A model generated the notes under the pieces. It was not told the origin of the DNA. It saw only the letters and a program-made list of their open reading frames with translations, and searched no databases. This document shows positions 9,395 through 18,850 of a DNA stretch of 52,893 nt, piece after piece. Origin of the DNA: Nitriliruptoraceae bacterium (lineage in GTDB: Bacteria; Actinomycetota; Nitriliruptoria; Nitriliruptorales; Nitriliruptoraceae); contig SKTG01000068.1 in assembly GCA_007118045.1 (NCBI GenBank), positions 1 through 52,893 on the forward strand, read 5' to 3'. Within the stretch, counting starts at the first letter, position 1. Every line of letters begins with the position of its first letter. The position numbers and the translations under genes are program-made.

Positions 9395-10468
9395 ATGAGC
9401 ACCGCACACACGACGCTCGATCAGGAGCGCATCGAGGAGTTCCAGGGCCTCGCCGTGACCGAGGCGGCAGCAGCCGAGTCCGCGGCCTGCTGCTACCTCG
9501 GCGACGTCTTGGGCCTGTACGAGGCGATGGCCGGAGCCGGCCGGCTGACGTCCGGAGAGCTCGCAGCACGCACCGGCACACACGAGCGCTACCTGCGCGA
9601 ATGGCTCGCCAACCAGGTCTCCGGCGGCTACCTGATCTACGACGCCGACGACGGCACCTTCGAGCTCCCCGACGAGCACGCCGCCGTCCTGGCCGATCCC
9701 GACAGCCCGGCCTACGTCGCCGGCATCTTCCCGATCATCGCCGCCGCCTGGGCGAGTGCCGACCGTGCCGCCGAAGCCTTCCGGACCGGCGACGGGGTGG
9801 GGTGGCACGAGCACGATCCACGCCTCTTCGAGGGCGTCGAACGCATCTTCGCGCCGCTGTACCGGCACCAGCTCGTCCAGGACTGGATCCCCGCGCTCGA
9901 CGGCGTCCACGAGCGGCTGACCGCGGGCGCGCGGGTGGCCGATCTCGGGTGCGGCCACGGCGCGTCGACCATCGTGCTCGCGCAGGCCTACCCGGCGTCG
10001 CGGTTGACCGGTTTCGACTTCCACGCCGAGTCGATCGCCGCCGCCTCCAAGGCCGCCGCCGAGGCTGGCGTCGGCGACCGGGTCGGCTTCGAGGTCGCCG
10101 CAGCCGACAGCTTCCCAGGTGAGGACTACGACCTGGTCTGCCTCTTCGACTGCCTCCACGACATGGGTGCCCCGGTCGCCGCGGCCGCCCGCGCACGCCG
10201 TGCCCTGGCCGACGACGGCACACTGCTGGTCGTCGAGCCGCAGGCCGGCGACGACCTCACCGACAACATCAACCCCATCAGTCGGCTGTTCTACGCCGGG
10301 TCCGTGTTCCTGTGCACACCGAGCTCGCTCGCTCAAGACGGTGCGACCGGCCTCGGTGCGCAGGCCGGGCCCAGCCGCCTGCTCGAGGTGCTGTCCGACG
10401 CAGGCTTCACCCACCGCAGGATCGCGGCCGAGACCCCGTTCAACCTCGTGATCGAGGCACGTCCCTGA
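9395..10468 (+). CDS. class I SAM-dependent methyltransferase with an N-terminal winged-helix/dimerisation domain
   Basis: SAM motif I VADLGCGHGAS, DLVCLFDCLHDM and GTLLVVEP. Confidence 0.85.
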   Translation: MSTAHTTLDQERIEEFQGLAVTEAAAAESAACCYLGDVLGLYEAMAGAGRLTSGELAARTGTHERYLREWLANQVSGGYLIYDADDGTFELPDEHAAVLADPDSPAYVAGIFPIIAAAWASADRAAEAFRTGDGVGWHEHDPRLFEGVERIFAPLYRHQLVQDWIPALDGVHERLTAGARVADLGCGHGASTIVLAQAYPASRLTGFDFHAESIAAASKAAAEAGVGDRVGFEVAAADSFPGEDYDLVCLFDCLHDMGAPVAAAARARRALADDGTLLVVEPQAGDDLTDNINPISRLFYAGSVFLCTPSSLAQDGATGLGAQAGPSRLLEVLSDAGFTHRRIAAETPFNLVIEARP

Positions 10469-10504
10469 CCACGAGGAGGGCGACGGTGTCCCGCCGGCGG
10501 TGCC

Positions 10505-11236
10505 TCATCCGTCCCGGCTCGCCGGCACACCCCCCGGCGCTCCGTCGGGGGGTCGTCGCCGGAGCCAGTAGGAGGTCTTGGCGACCTGTGCGATCCCCAG
10601 GCGCCGTATGCCGGGGTCGTCCGTGCGCTCGATCGACCGGCGCAGCGGCTCGATCTCGAACACGTAACCCAGGCGGTCCTCGATCTCGCCGGGAGCGACG
10701 ACGAATCCCTTCACCTTCGTCGCGCACCACCCGGGCGACGGGGAACGCGGGGGCCGCGGCAGTTCCCACTGGTACAGGTAGACGCTGCTGCCCTCGCCGC
10801 TCGAGCGCATCAGCCTCCTCGCGTACGCACGTCTGGCCCGCTCGCCGAACAGGCTCATCAACAGGCCGCGGTCCACGATCAGGTCGTACGAGCCGCCCGC
10901 CTCGTCGGGCCTGGTCACGTCGGCGCGACGGAACGCGACCGAGACCCCGGCGGCGTCGGCCTTGACGCCTGCCATCGCGAGAGCGCGATCGGAGAGATCG
11001 ATCGCGGTGACCTCGAAACCGCGCCTGGCGAGTTCGATGGCGTTGTCGCCGGTCCCGCACCCGACGTCGAGCGCTCGGCCCGGCCCCCGGACCCCGCGAT
11101 CGTCGAGGGTCGCGACCAGCACGGGGTCGGCCCCGCCCAGCTCCCACGACGGTGTGCCCCGGTACATGCGATCCCAGAACCGAGACCGAGCCGGGTAGCT
11201 CACGGCCGCTTCTCCCCACGACGACCGGCTCATCAT
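10505..11236 (-). CDS. class I SAM-dependent methyltransferase
   Basis: RFWDRMY...PSWELGG, then ALDVGCGTGDNAIELARRGFEVTAIDLS. ATG 11236 is preferred over the TTG at 11296. Confidence 0.8.
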   Translation of the reverse strand: MMSRSSWGEAAVSYPARSRFWDRMYRGTPSWELGGADPVLVATLDDRGVRGPGRALDVGCGTGDNAIELARRGFEVTAIDLSDRALAMAGVKADAAGVSVAFRRADVTRPDEAGGSYDLIVDRGLLMSLFGERARRAYARRLMRSSGEGSSVYLYQWELPRPPRSPSPGWCATKVKGFVVAPGEIEDRLGYVFEIEPLRRSIERTDDPGIRRLGIAQVAKTSYWLRRRPPDGAPGGVPASRDG

Positions 11237-11302
11237 CCCGGAGCAGGCTCTCCACCGCCGTCGGAACGCGCCTCGGCGAACGGCGAACCGCGCCAACGCA
11301 CG

Positions 11303-12127
11303 TCAGCTGACCGGATGCCTCGGCCGCTCCCACAGGGTGAAGCGGGTGACCGGCAGGAAGCCGAAACGGTGGACGAGAACGGGCCGGCTGTCGTCGCTCA
11401 CGATCGTCACCGAGGGCAGGTCCGGTGCTCGGGCGAGCCGGTCCCTGACCAACGCCGAGTAGTAACCCCGACCGCGCTCCTCGAGGCGGACGCTCGAGAG
11501 CAGCAGCACGTTCGTTCCGGCGACGAGGACCTGACAACCGACAGCCACCGGCCGGTCTCCGACGCGGCCGATGACGAACCGGTAGCGCTCGTCTCCGACG
11601 ACCGCCGGATCGAACAGTCTGCTCGGCGCGTCCACCTCGTCGAGGGGGAACGCGTCCACCACCACGGTGCACCACTCGGCCAGTTCACGCTCCGTCGTGA
11701 CCTCGGAGACCGACAGGTCATCGGGCTGGTCTCGCTGCTCGGGGAGTCCGGCTGGTCGGTACAGCAGCGGTGGGTGGCCCTGCAGCTGCCAGCCACGTCC
11801 GGTGAGGTCGGGGGTCGGCCACGGGGACCACAGCAGGGTGGAGCCCGTCCCCCCGGCGTCGTAGAAGCGTTCGATGCTGCCGACCGTTGCGTCGAAGGCG
11901 TCGTCGCGGACCGGCCGCAGCAACGTGGCGCTGTTGAACAGCCCCGTGGGTCGTCCGAGATCGACGGCGCTGAACCGGTCGTCTCGGTGGAGGCGGGCAT
12001 CACCGAGCTGCCCGGTCGTCTCCCAGGTCGCGGTCATGGCCAGCACACCGAGCCGCAGGAGGCTGTCCTCAGCCGGTGTACCCGGCTCCCATCCCGTCTC
12101 GAGGGCCGGCACGGTCTCGGTGGTCAT
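11303..12127 (-). CDS. GNAT-family N-acetyltransferase
   Basis: 274 aa. The C-terminal half [19 protein letters not shown] matches the acetyl-CoA-binding motif A pattern. It lies immediately upstream (same strand) of the methyltransferase. Confidence 0.78.
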   Translation of the reverse strand: MTTETVPALETGWEPGTPAEDSLLRLGVLAMTATWETTGQLGDARLHRDDRFSAVDLGRPTGLFNSATLLRPVRDDAFDATVGSIERFYDAGGTGSTLLWSPWPTPDLTGRGWQLQGHPPLLYRPAGLPEQRDQPDDLSVSEVTTERELAEWCTVVVDAFPLDEVDAPSRLFDPAVVGDERYRFVIGRVGDRPVAVGCQVLVAGTNVLLLSSVRLEERGRGYYSALVRDRLARAPDLPSVTIVSDDSRPVLVHRFGFLPVTRFTLWERPRHPVS

Positions 12128-12407
12128 CGCAAGCTCCGTGGGTCGTCGGTGCGTTCACGTCCACCGTGTCATGGGGGGTTGCAGGTGGGTTCCAGAGCGG
12201 TTGCCGACGGGCCTGCGCCGAGGTGGAGCCCGGACGTCGTCACGACGCGCGTCCTGCCTGGGCCGTCAGAACGTCTCCGTTCCCGTACCCGTCATGACCC
12301 CCGTCGGGTTCATCGGCACGAGGATGCTCACCGCCGGGCCCTTGGGCCCTGGCGTCCTCGACCGGCAGCCGTCACGGTCGGTGCACGATCTGTGGATCGA
12401 GGACAAG

Positions 12408-13856
12408 GTGAACCTGGACACCGCCTCGCGGCCGCAGCTGGTGGAGGAGTCACCGGTTCGGTGGCGGCTGGAGCGACGCGACGCCATGAGGGTGCCCGGG
12501 CTGGTCTTCGCATCCGAGCGACTGCTCCCGGACGTCCATGGTGACCGCAGTCTCGAGCAGGTCGCCAACGTCGCGACGCTGCCGGGCATCGTGGGAGCGA
12601 GTTACGCCATGCCGGACGTGCATTGGGGTTACGGGTTCCCGATCGGCGGTGTCGCCGCGACGGAGGTGGCGGCCGACGGGGTGGTCTCCCCGGGCGGGGT
12701 TGGGTTCGACATCTCGTGCGGGGTGCGGCTGCTGGCCGCACCGTTCGAGCAGCGCGAGCTCGAGCCACGGTTGGCAGCACTGATGGACGGCCTGGCCGCG
12801 GTGATCCCGCGGGGGATGGGCGGGGGCGGAGTGTGGGGGGATGTCGACGCAGGCGAACTGGAGCTGATCCTGACCGGCGGTGCGGTCTACGCGGTCTCCC
12901 AGGGGCGCGGTGAGCCTGAGGATCTCCAGCGATGCGAGGACGGGGGACAGCTCGCGGGCGCGGACCCGGGGCAGGTCAGCGAGCGGGCATGCCGGCGTGG
13001 GTCGCGTCAGGTCGGGTCGTTGGGGTCGGGCAACCACTTCCTGGAGGTGCAGATCGTCGACCGGGTCCTCGACGAGGCCACAGCCGCCGTGTTCGGACTG
13101 CACGCCGGGCAGGTGTGCGTGATGATCCACTGTGGCTCGCGGGGGCTCGGCCACCAGGTCTGCTCGGACCATGTGCGCACGATGCGGGAGGCCATGCCCC
13201 GCTACGGCATCTCCGTGCCTGACCCGCAGCTGGCGTGCGCTCCGGTCGAGTCCCCGGAAGGCTCCGGCTATCTGGGGGCGTTGGCGGCGGCAGCGAACTA
13301 CGCGCGGGCGAACCGGCAGCTGCTGACCGAGGCGACCAGGGATGCGTTCGCACGGGTCACCGGCCGTCGTGACCTGCGGCTGGTCTACGACGTTTCCCAC
13401 AACCTGGCCAAGATCGAAAGCCACACGCTCGACAGCCGCAGGGTGCGCGTATGCGTGCATCGCAAGGGGGCGACACGGGCGTTCCCGGCCGGCTCCGCTG
13501 ACCTGCCCGAGGACCTGCGGGCCGTTGGCCAGCCCGTGCTGCTGCCCGGCTCGATGGGCACCGCCTCGTACGTGATGGTGGGAGCGAGCCCAGGTGAGGC
13601 CTTCGCATCCACCGCGCACGGTGCCGGTAGGACGATGAGCCGTCACGAGGCCAAGCGCCGCGGGCACGGCGGCGGGGTGCTGCGTGACGAGCTGGCGGCG
13701 TTGGGGATCGAGGTGCGGGCCGGGTCGCTGCGTGATCTGCCCGAGGAGGCGCCCTACGCCTACAAGGACGTCGAGGAGGTGGTGAGCGTGTGCGAGCTCG
13801 CCGGGTTGAGCCGGGCCGTGGCACGGATGCGTCCGGTGGGGGTGGTCAAGGGATGA
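12408..13856 (+). CDS. rtcB: RNA-splicing ligase RtcB (3'-phosphate/5'-hydroxyl nucleic acid ligase)
   Basis: [57 protein letters not shown] and GSMGTASYV. The GTG at 12408 has a GAGGA Shine-Dalgarno 4 nt upstream and gives a typical ~482 aa. An upstream ATG at 12294 is an alternative start. Confidence 0.9.
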   Translation: MNLDTASRPQLVEESPVRWRLERRDAMRVPGLVFASERLLPDVHGDRSLEQVANVATLPGIVGASYAMPDVHWGYGFPIGGVAATEVAADGVVSPGGVGFDISCGVRLLAAPFEQRELEPRLAALMDGLAAVIPRGMGGGGVWGDVDAGELELILTGGAVYAVSQGRGEPEDLQRCEDGGQLAGADPGQVSERACRRGSRQVGSLGSGNHFLEVQIVDRVLDEATAAVFGLHAGQVCVMIHCGSRGLGHQVCSDHVRTMREAMPRYGISVPDPQLACAPVESPEGSGYLGALAAAANYARANRQLLTEATRDAFARVTGRRDLRLVYDVSHNLAKIESHTLDSRRVRVCVHRKGATRAFPAGSADLPEDLRAVGQPVLLPGSMGTASYVMVGASPGEAFASTAHGAGRTMSRHEAKRRGHGGGVLRDELAALGIEVRAGSLRDLPEEAPYAYKDVEEVVSVCELAGLSRAVARMRPVGVVKG

Positions 13857-14281
13857 CCACGACCGCTCCCGAGCGAGGTCACGCGATCCGTGCCCACACC
13901 GCCGACGAGATCCTCGAGGCGTGGGGCCCGACCCGTGAGGCATGCCTCGAGGAGGCCGTGCTCGCGCTGGTCGACACCGTCGCGGCTGTGAGAGGCGTCG
14001 GGTGGTCCTGGCACCGTGAAGTGGAGCTGGCCGGCACCGACGAGGAACTGCTGGTCGCGCTGCTCGAGGAGGTCATCTATCACCTCGATGCCAGTAGCGC
14101 GGTGCCGGTGCGGGTCCGCGTCCGCCCACGTGCCAGCGGCGTGGTCGCCCACCTGTGGCTGACCGATCTCCAACGCGTCACCCCGCGAGGGCCGGCCCCG
14201 AAAGGCGTGTCCTACTCGCAACTGGCCCTGCGAGAGGAGAGCCCCGGTCGGTGGCGTTGCGCGGCCACCATCGACGTGTGA
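13853..14281 (+). CDS. archease (RtcB activator)
   Basis: 142 aa, with [25 protein letters not shown] near the N-terminus, typical of archease. ATGA overlap with the rtcB stop. Confidence 0.86.
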   Translation: MTTTAPERGHAIRAHTADEILEAWGPTREACLEEAVLALVDTVAAVRGVGWSWHREVELAGTDEELLVALLEEVIYHLDASSAVPVRVRVRPRASGVVAHLWLTDLQRVTPRGPAPKGVSYSQLALREESPGRWRCAATIDV

Positions 14282-14352
14282 TGCGCGACACCCAGGACCC
14301 GTGAGCACGTTCCGGCGGGCTCGAGCCGGTCACTACGGCCCGGACGGGCGAC

Positions 14353-15627
14353 TCACGGTTCGGGCCGGGGCTGGAGTGGGTCCGCGTCGAGGTCCTCGAG
14401 TTCGGTGCCTCGGGTCTCTGGCAGTGCGCCGAATCCGAGCGCCGACAGGGCGACGAGGCCACCGAGCAGTCGAGCGGGGACCGCGAAGCTTCCGGTGATC
14501 TCGGCGAGTGCGCCGAAGGCGCTGAGCCCGAGGACCGCGCCGAGCACCGCGGTCACCGTGAGCCAGCCGGCGACGGTCGCACGGACGGTGGTGGGGACCA
14601 GCTCCGCCGCGAGCGTGCCCTGGGCCGGAGCGAAGGCGCTGGCCAGCAACACGGTGGTCAGATAGCCGACGGCCAGCGCCGCGGATCCACCCGAGTAGGC
14701 GATGGCCACCGCGATCCCGGTGCCGGACATCGCCAGCGCCCCGGTGATGCGGCGCCCGAACCGGTCCGCGCTCCAGCGACCGAGCAGGATGCCGGTCAGC
14801 CCGGCCGGTCCGGCGGCCAGCACGAAGGACGACAGCTGTAACGGTGTCGCTCCCAGCACCCGTTCGCCGTAGACGAACAGGTAGGTGAATCCCGGGCCGG
14901 TCGTGATGGCGATCGCCCCGACCAGCGAGGCCAGCAGGGTGACACGGCCACGTAGATGACGTGGTACGGCACCCGGCAAGCCTCGGGCATGGGTGCGGAC
15001 GACCGCGATCGCCGGCTCCCGGATCCAGCGGGTGAGCAGTGGCATCAGCAGGAGGGGGGCGAGCGCGAACAGGGTGACGACGCGGAACGACGGCTCCCCG
15101 GGCAGTAGTCCGCGGCCGACCGACACCAGCCCCGACCCGAGGCCGTATGCGACGGTGATCAGCGCGATCGCACCGGCGCGGTCGACCGAGCGTGATTCCT
15201 CGGCGGCGACCACGCCTGCCACGGCGTTCACGGTCGACAGGAACGGGCGCGCTATCGCGACCAGGGCCACATACCACCAGAACCCTGGTGATGCTGCGGC
15301 GAGACTGGTGAGCGAGAGTGCCAGCGTGGCGACCGTGAGCAGCAGCCGGCGCCGCCCCAGACGGTCCGCCAGGGCCGCCAGGGGCAGGCTCGCGAGCGAC
15401 GCCAGGCGGATCACTGACAGCGCGATCCCGATCGTGGTCACCGGGAGCCCGAGCTGGAACGGGGTGTCGTCGCTGGCAGGCGGATGGCTGAGGTCGGCAG
15501 CGACGTCGCCGATGACGACCGTGACCCCGAACGCCGAGATCCCGGCGCCGACCGACAGCACCGCTACGGCCAGAACCGGGGCGGTCAGCCACGACCGGAC
15601 GTGATGGTGGCCGTGCTCGCCGGTCAC
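14353..15627 (-). CDS. MFS transporter, candidate lysophospholipid transporter (LplT-like)
   Basis: ~12 predicted TM segments with an MFS loop DRLGRRRLL. The GTG start at 15627 overlaps the stop of the upstream acyltransferase gene (GTGA). Confidence 0.78.
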   Translation of the reverse strand: MTGEHGHHHVRSWLTAPVLAVAVLSVGAGISAFGVTVVIGDVAADLSHPPASDDTPFQLGLPVTTIGIALSVIRLASLASLPLAALADRLGRRRLLLTVATLALSLTSLAAASPGFWWYVALVAIARPFLSTVNAVAGVVAAEESRSVDRAGAIALITVAYGLGSGLVSVGRGLLPGEPSFRVVTLFALAPLLLMPLLTRWIREPAIAVVRTHARGLPGAVPRHLRGRVTLLASLVGAIAITTGPGFTYLFVYGERVLGATPLQLSSFVLAAGPAGLTGILLGRWSADRFGRRITGALAMSGTGIAVAIAYSGGSAALAVGYLTTVLLASAFAPAQGTLAAELVPTTVRATVAGWLTVTAVLGAVLGLSAFGALAEITGSFAVPARLLGGLVALSALGFGALPETRGTELEDLDADPLQPRPEP

Positions 15628-18440
15628 TCGAGAGCCGGCTCGCCGCAGTGGCGCAGGATCTCCGCGCGGGTGGCGGCCTGCAGGTCGACGGCGCCTCTCC
15701 ACCCGGGGTGAGTGGGGGAGAGTGGGGCGGCGATCGTGACCTTGATGGGACCTCGTCGGGGCATGCGACGATCGACCGGGAGGATCCGTCGGGTGCCGCG
15801 CAGCGTCACCGGCACGACCGGGACGCCAGCCTCCGTGGCGACCACGAACGCACCCATGTGGAACGGCTCGAGTCCCACGCCACGTGAGCGGCGCCCTTCA
15901 GGGAAGAACGCGACGACGCGTCCCGATCGCAGGGTCCGGGTGAGCACGCGGCTGTCCTCGACCCCGCGTGCCCGGTCACCGCGCTCGATCAGGTGCGTCT
16001 CCAGCCGCCGCAGGAAGACCCGTGCGAACGGGTTGACAGCCAACCCACCGACCGCCGGGAACACCGCCGGCTCCGGGAGGACGACGGCCAGCACGAGCGG
16101 ATCGAGGTTGCTCGCGTGGTTGGCGGCGACGACGTAGGGCCTGGCCGTGAGCAGATGCTCAGCGCCCTCGATCGACAGGCGGATCCCGCTCAGGTGGAGC
16201 AGTAGCCGGCCGGCCCCGCGCACGATCCGCCATCGACGGCGAGCACCCGGGACGACGGCCACGAGCACCCACACGACCGCGGCCAACGACACGAACAGCG
16301 AACTGGCGTAGAGGCCGTACACCGCTTCGACGCTCCTTCGAGCGGCACGGCTGACCCGGGCGGGCAGGCTGGTGGCCGCGAGTCGGAGCAGCTGCCACCA
16401 CACCGCCTGCCGCGACCCACCGAGCTGGCCGTTCTCGTAGCGCTCCCGGACCTCGGCGCGTCGGATCTTGCCGCTGGAGGTCTTGGGCACCACGCCGGGA
16501 AGGGCGAGCAGGACCTCGTCAGGGGGCGCCCCGACGAGATCGGTCACGGCTTCGTTGACGTGCCGACGGAGGCGGGTCTGGTCCTCCGCCTCGGTCAGCC
16601 GAGTCTCGGCGAGCACCACCAGACGCTCGGTGCCCACCGTCGGGTCGGTGGTCGAGAAGACCGCCACACAGCCTTTGCGCACACCTGGCACCGCACCGAC
16701 GGCCTCCTCCAGCTCGGCCGGGTGCAGGTTCCGCCCGGCCCGGATGATCACGTCCTTGACCCGCCCGGTCAGGTACAGGTCACCGGCGGCCAGGTAACCG
16801 AGATCGCCCGAGTCGAGCCAGTCACCATCGAACAGCCGCCGGGTTGCGGGCCGGTTGCGGAAGTAGCCTGCGGTCGCTGACGGACCCCGGAACTCGACAC
16901 GGCCCTCGACGCGTTCGCCGAGCGTCGTGCCCGCCCGGTCCGCGATCCGAACCTCGTGGCCCGGCAACGCCCGCCCGCAGGCCACGAACCGGGCGGCGGT
17001 CGCATCATCGTGTGCCGCGGGTACCGCCTGGCTCGCCCGGGCCAGCGGCTCACGGGCAACCCGGTCGATGATCACGCCACGTTCCAACGGCGGCACGGTG
17101 AGCGCCACCGCGGACTCCGCCAGCCCGTAGACCGGCGTTATCGCACCGGGCCGGAGCCCCACGTCAGCGAACCGCTTGGCGAACCGGGTGACCGTGGACG
17201 GACTGACCGGCTCGGCGCCACTGAACGCCAGCCGCCAGCTTCCGAGATCCAGACCCTCGAGCTCGTGATCCTCGATCCGGCGCAGGCACAGCTCGTAGCC
17301 GAAGTTGGGCCCACCCGACACGGTGCCACCGTGATCGTGGATCGCCCACAACCAGCGGGCGGGGCGGGTGAGGAACCTCAACGGGGACATGACCACGAAC
17401 GGGATACCGAAGTAGAGGCTGAGCAACCAGGAGCCGATCAGGCCCATGTCGTGGTACAGCGGCAGCCAGCTGACGAACACATCGGTGGGCTGGATGGCAC
17501 CCGCCTGACCCATCGCGCGGATGTTCGCGAGCAGGTTCGCATGGCTGAGCACCACCCCCTTCGGATCACCGGTGCTGCCCGAGGTGTACTGCAGCAGCGC
17601 CGTGTCCGACGGCCCTGGGGTTCCTCGCGGCGGACCGACGGCGGCCGCCCGGAGGTCGCCGACGATCACCACGGCACGCAACGTGGTGATCTGCGGTGCG
17701 ATGAGCCGTGCCAGCTGGCGCGCCTCGGGCACGGTGATCAGAGCCACCACCTGGGCGTTGTCGAGCAGGAGTGCGTGGCGACGCAGATGCTCCCCCAACC
17801 CGGAGGGCCGTCCCGGTGGGTAGATGGGGACCGGCACGCAGCCGGCGAGCAACACCCCGAGGAACGTGACGAAGTAGTCGAGGCCGGTCGGCAGCATGAT
17901 CGCCACCGTGCTGCCGGGCGGTAGCTGACGCTCGCGCAGACCCGCCGCCACCACGGAGGCCTCCCGCCACAGTGCACCGAAGCTCAGGTCCTCGACCGCC
18001 CCCGCCTCACCCAGCAGGCGGACGTGCGTTCGGTCGGGCTGTGCGGTGGCGTGCCACTGCAACACCTCGACGAGGGTGTCGACCTCGCCGGGATCGGGGC
18101 CCGGACCCGCCGAGCTGTCCAGCTGCGACGTCGCGGTGGGGAGCTGTCCGGCACGACCGGGCACCGAGGAGGCCGTGGTCAGGCTCGCCAGCAGATCCCG
18201 TGGCGTCTCGACGCTCGCAAGCAACTCGTCCGGCAACGCCACGTCGAAGAGCTCCTCGACGCGTACGAGGAGCTCGGCGACCGCCAGGCTGTCCAGACCG
18301 AGGTCGGTGTCGAGGCGGGAGTCCAGCCGAACCGAAGAGGTGCCGACAGCGGGACGGACCTCGGCAACGAGCTCCCGGAGGGCCTGGAGCAAGGAGGCCA
18401 CGGTCGGATCCTCGGGCGACGTCGTCGGCTGCTCCTGCAT
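15624..18440 (-). CDS. tri-domain ACP - fatty acyl-AMP ligase - (TM) - PlsC-type lysophospholipid acyltransferase (Aas-like)
   Basis: N-terminal carrier domain with LGLDSLAVAELL. Adenylation motifs LQYTSGSTGDPKGVV, GYFRN, GDLGY and SSGKIRR. Two hydrophobic helices. Acyltransferase motifs ANHASNLD (HX4D) and FFPEGRRS. The start is taken at MQEQPTTS (ATG 18440), not the ORF-track start at 18836. Confidence 0.88.
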   Translation of the reverse strand: MQEQPTTSPEDPTVASLLQALRELVAEVRPAVGTSSVRLDSRLDTDLGLDSLAVAELLVRVEELFDVALPDELLASVETPRDLLASLTTASSVPGRAGQLPTATSQLDSSAGPGPDPGEVDTLVEVLQWHATAQPDRTHVRLLGEAGAVEDLSFGALWREASVVAAGLRERQLPPGSTVAIMLPTGLDYFVTFLGVLLAGCVPVPIYPPGRPSGLGEHLRRHALLLDNAQVVALITVPEARQLARLIAPQITTLRAVVIVGDLRAAAVGPPRGTPGPSDTALLQYTSGSTGDPKGVVLSHANLLANIRAMGQAGAIQPTDVFVSWLPLYHDMGLIGSWLLSLYFGIPFVVMSPLRFLTRPARWLWAIHDHGGTVSGGPNFGYELCLRRIEDHELEGLDLGSWRLAFSGAEPVSPSTVTRFAKRFADVGLRPGAITPVYGLAESAVALTVPPLERGVIIDRVAREPLARASQAVPAAHDDATAARFVACGRALPGHEVRIADRAGTTLGERVEGRVEFRGPSATAGYFRNRPATRRLFDGDWLDSGDLGYLAAGDLYLTGRVKDVIIRAGRNLHPAELEEAVGAVPGVRKGCVAVFSTTDPTVGTERLVVLAETRLTEAEDQTRLRRHVNEAVTDLVGAPPDEVLLALPGVVPKTSSGKIRRAEVRERYENGQLGGSRQAVWWQLLRLAATSLPARVSRAARRSVEAVYGLYASSLFVSLAAVVWVLVAVVPGARRRWRIVRGAGRLLLHLSGIRLSIEGAEHLLTARPYVVAANHASNLDPLVLAVVLPEPAVFPAVGGLAVNPFARVFLRRLETHLIERGDRARGVEDSRVLTRTLRSGRVVAFFPEGRRSRGVGLEPFHMGAFVVATEAGVPVVPVTLRGTRRILPVDRRMPRRGPIKVTIAAPLSPTHPGWRGAVDLQAATRAEILRHCGEPALE

Positions 18441-18674
18441 CCCGCGACCGTCCCTCCCACCACCGGAGGTCACGGTATCGCCGTCTGGGGGACCGAGGCG
18501 GCCGTCCTTCGAGGTACGCGGGTGGGTACCGCCGCATCCCTGCGCGCGGCCGAGGGCGTCCTGACCACGCTCGTCCGGTTCGCTCCCGCAGCCATCGTTC
18601 TCGAGTGGCCGCTGCCGTCGGTGCGGTTGCCGAGATCGAGGACCAACGGCCCTGGTCCCCCGCCTCGTGTCGGC

Positions 18675-18689
18675 GCATCCTAGGGATGC
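18675..18689. promoter_or_regulatory. 15-bp palindrome GCATCCTAGGGATGC in a divergent intergenic region
   Basis: Perfect inverted repeat between the aas-like gene (minus strand) and the riboswitch/PRTase gene (plus strand). Candidate operator only. Confidence 0.3.
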
Positions 18690-18702
18690 GACGTTCGTGT
18701 TG

Positions 18703-18818
18703 TGCGCGGGAGCTGGCGCCCCTTCGACGGAGAGATCGGTCGGAGGCACCCAGCTGAGAGGCCGCGAGAGCGGTGACCGCCAGGACCTGATCCGGACCAT
18801 ACCGGCGGAGGAAGCGCA
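18703..18818 (+). promoter_or_regulatory. TPP (THI-box) riboswitch aptamer
   Basis: Read by eye: UGCGC...GCGCA (P1), GCGGGAGCUGG, a long P3 (GCUGG/CCAGC plus CCUUCGAC/GUCGGAGG), CUGAGAGG, a P3a hairpin CCGC-GAGA-GCGG, UGACCG, and ACCUGAUCCGGACCAUACCGGCGGAGGAAG. It ends 32 nt before ATG 18851. Confidence 0.8.
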
Positions 18819-18850
18819 GCGCGGACGTCGCACCACTGTGTGGGTGAGCC

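Noticed and set aside
12128-12407. Sigma54 promoter upstream of rtcB, by analogy with E. coli rtcBA.
   Set aside because: The only TGG...TTGC candidate (TGGgttccagagcggTTGC) has a 12-nt rather than 8-nt gap. No RtcR-type activator gene is nearby.
18441-18836. Upstream 132-codon extension of the ACP-FAAL-PlsC ORF. The same issue applies to 31061-31570 (glpD), 26620-26754 (glpX) and 38647-39720 (small protein).
   Set aside because: The extensions have no protein-like composition. Internal ATGs with Shine-Dalgarno sequences coincide with the start of family homology. The extension at 18441-18836 would also run through the riboswitch region.
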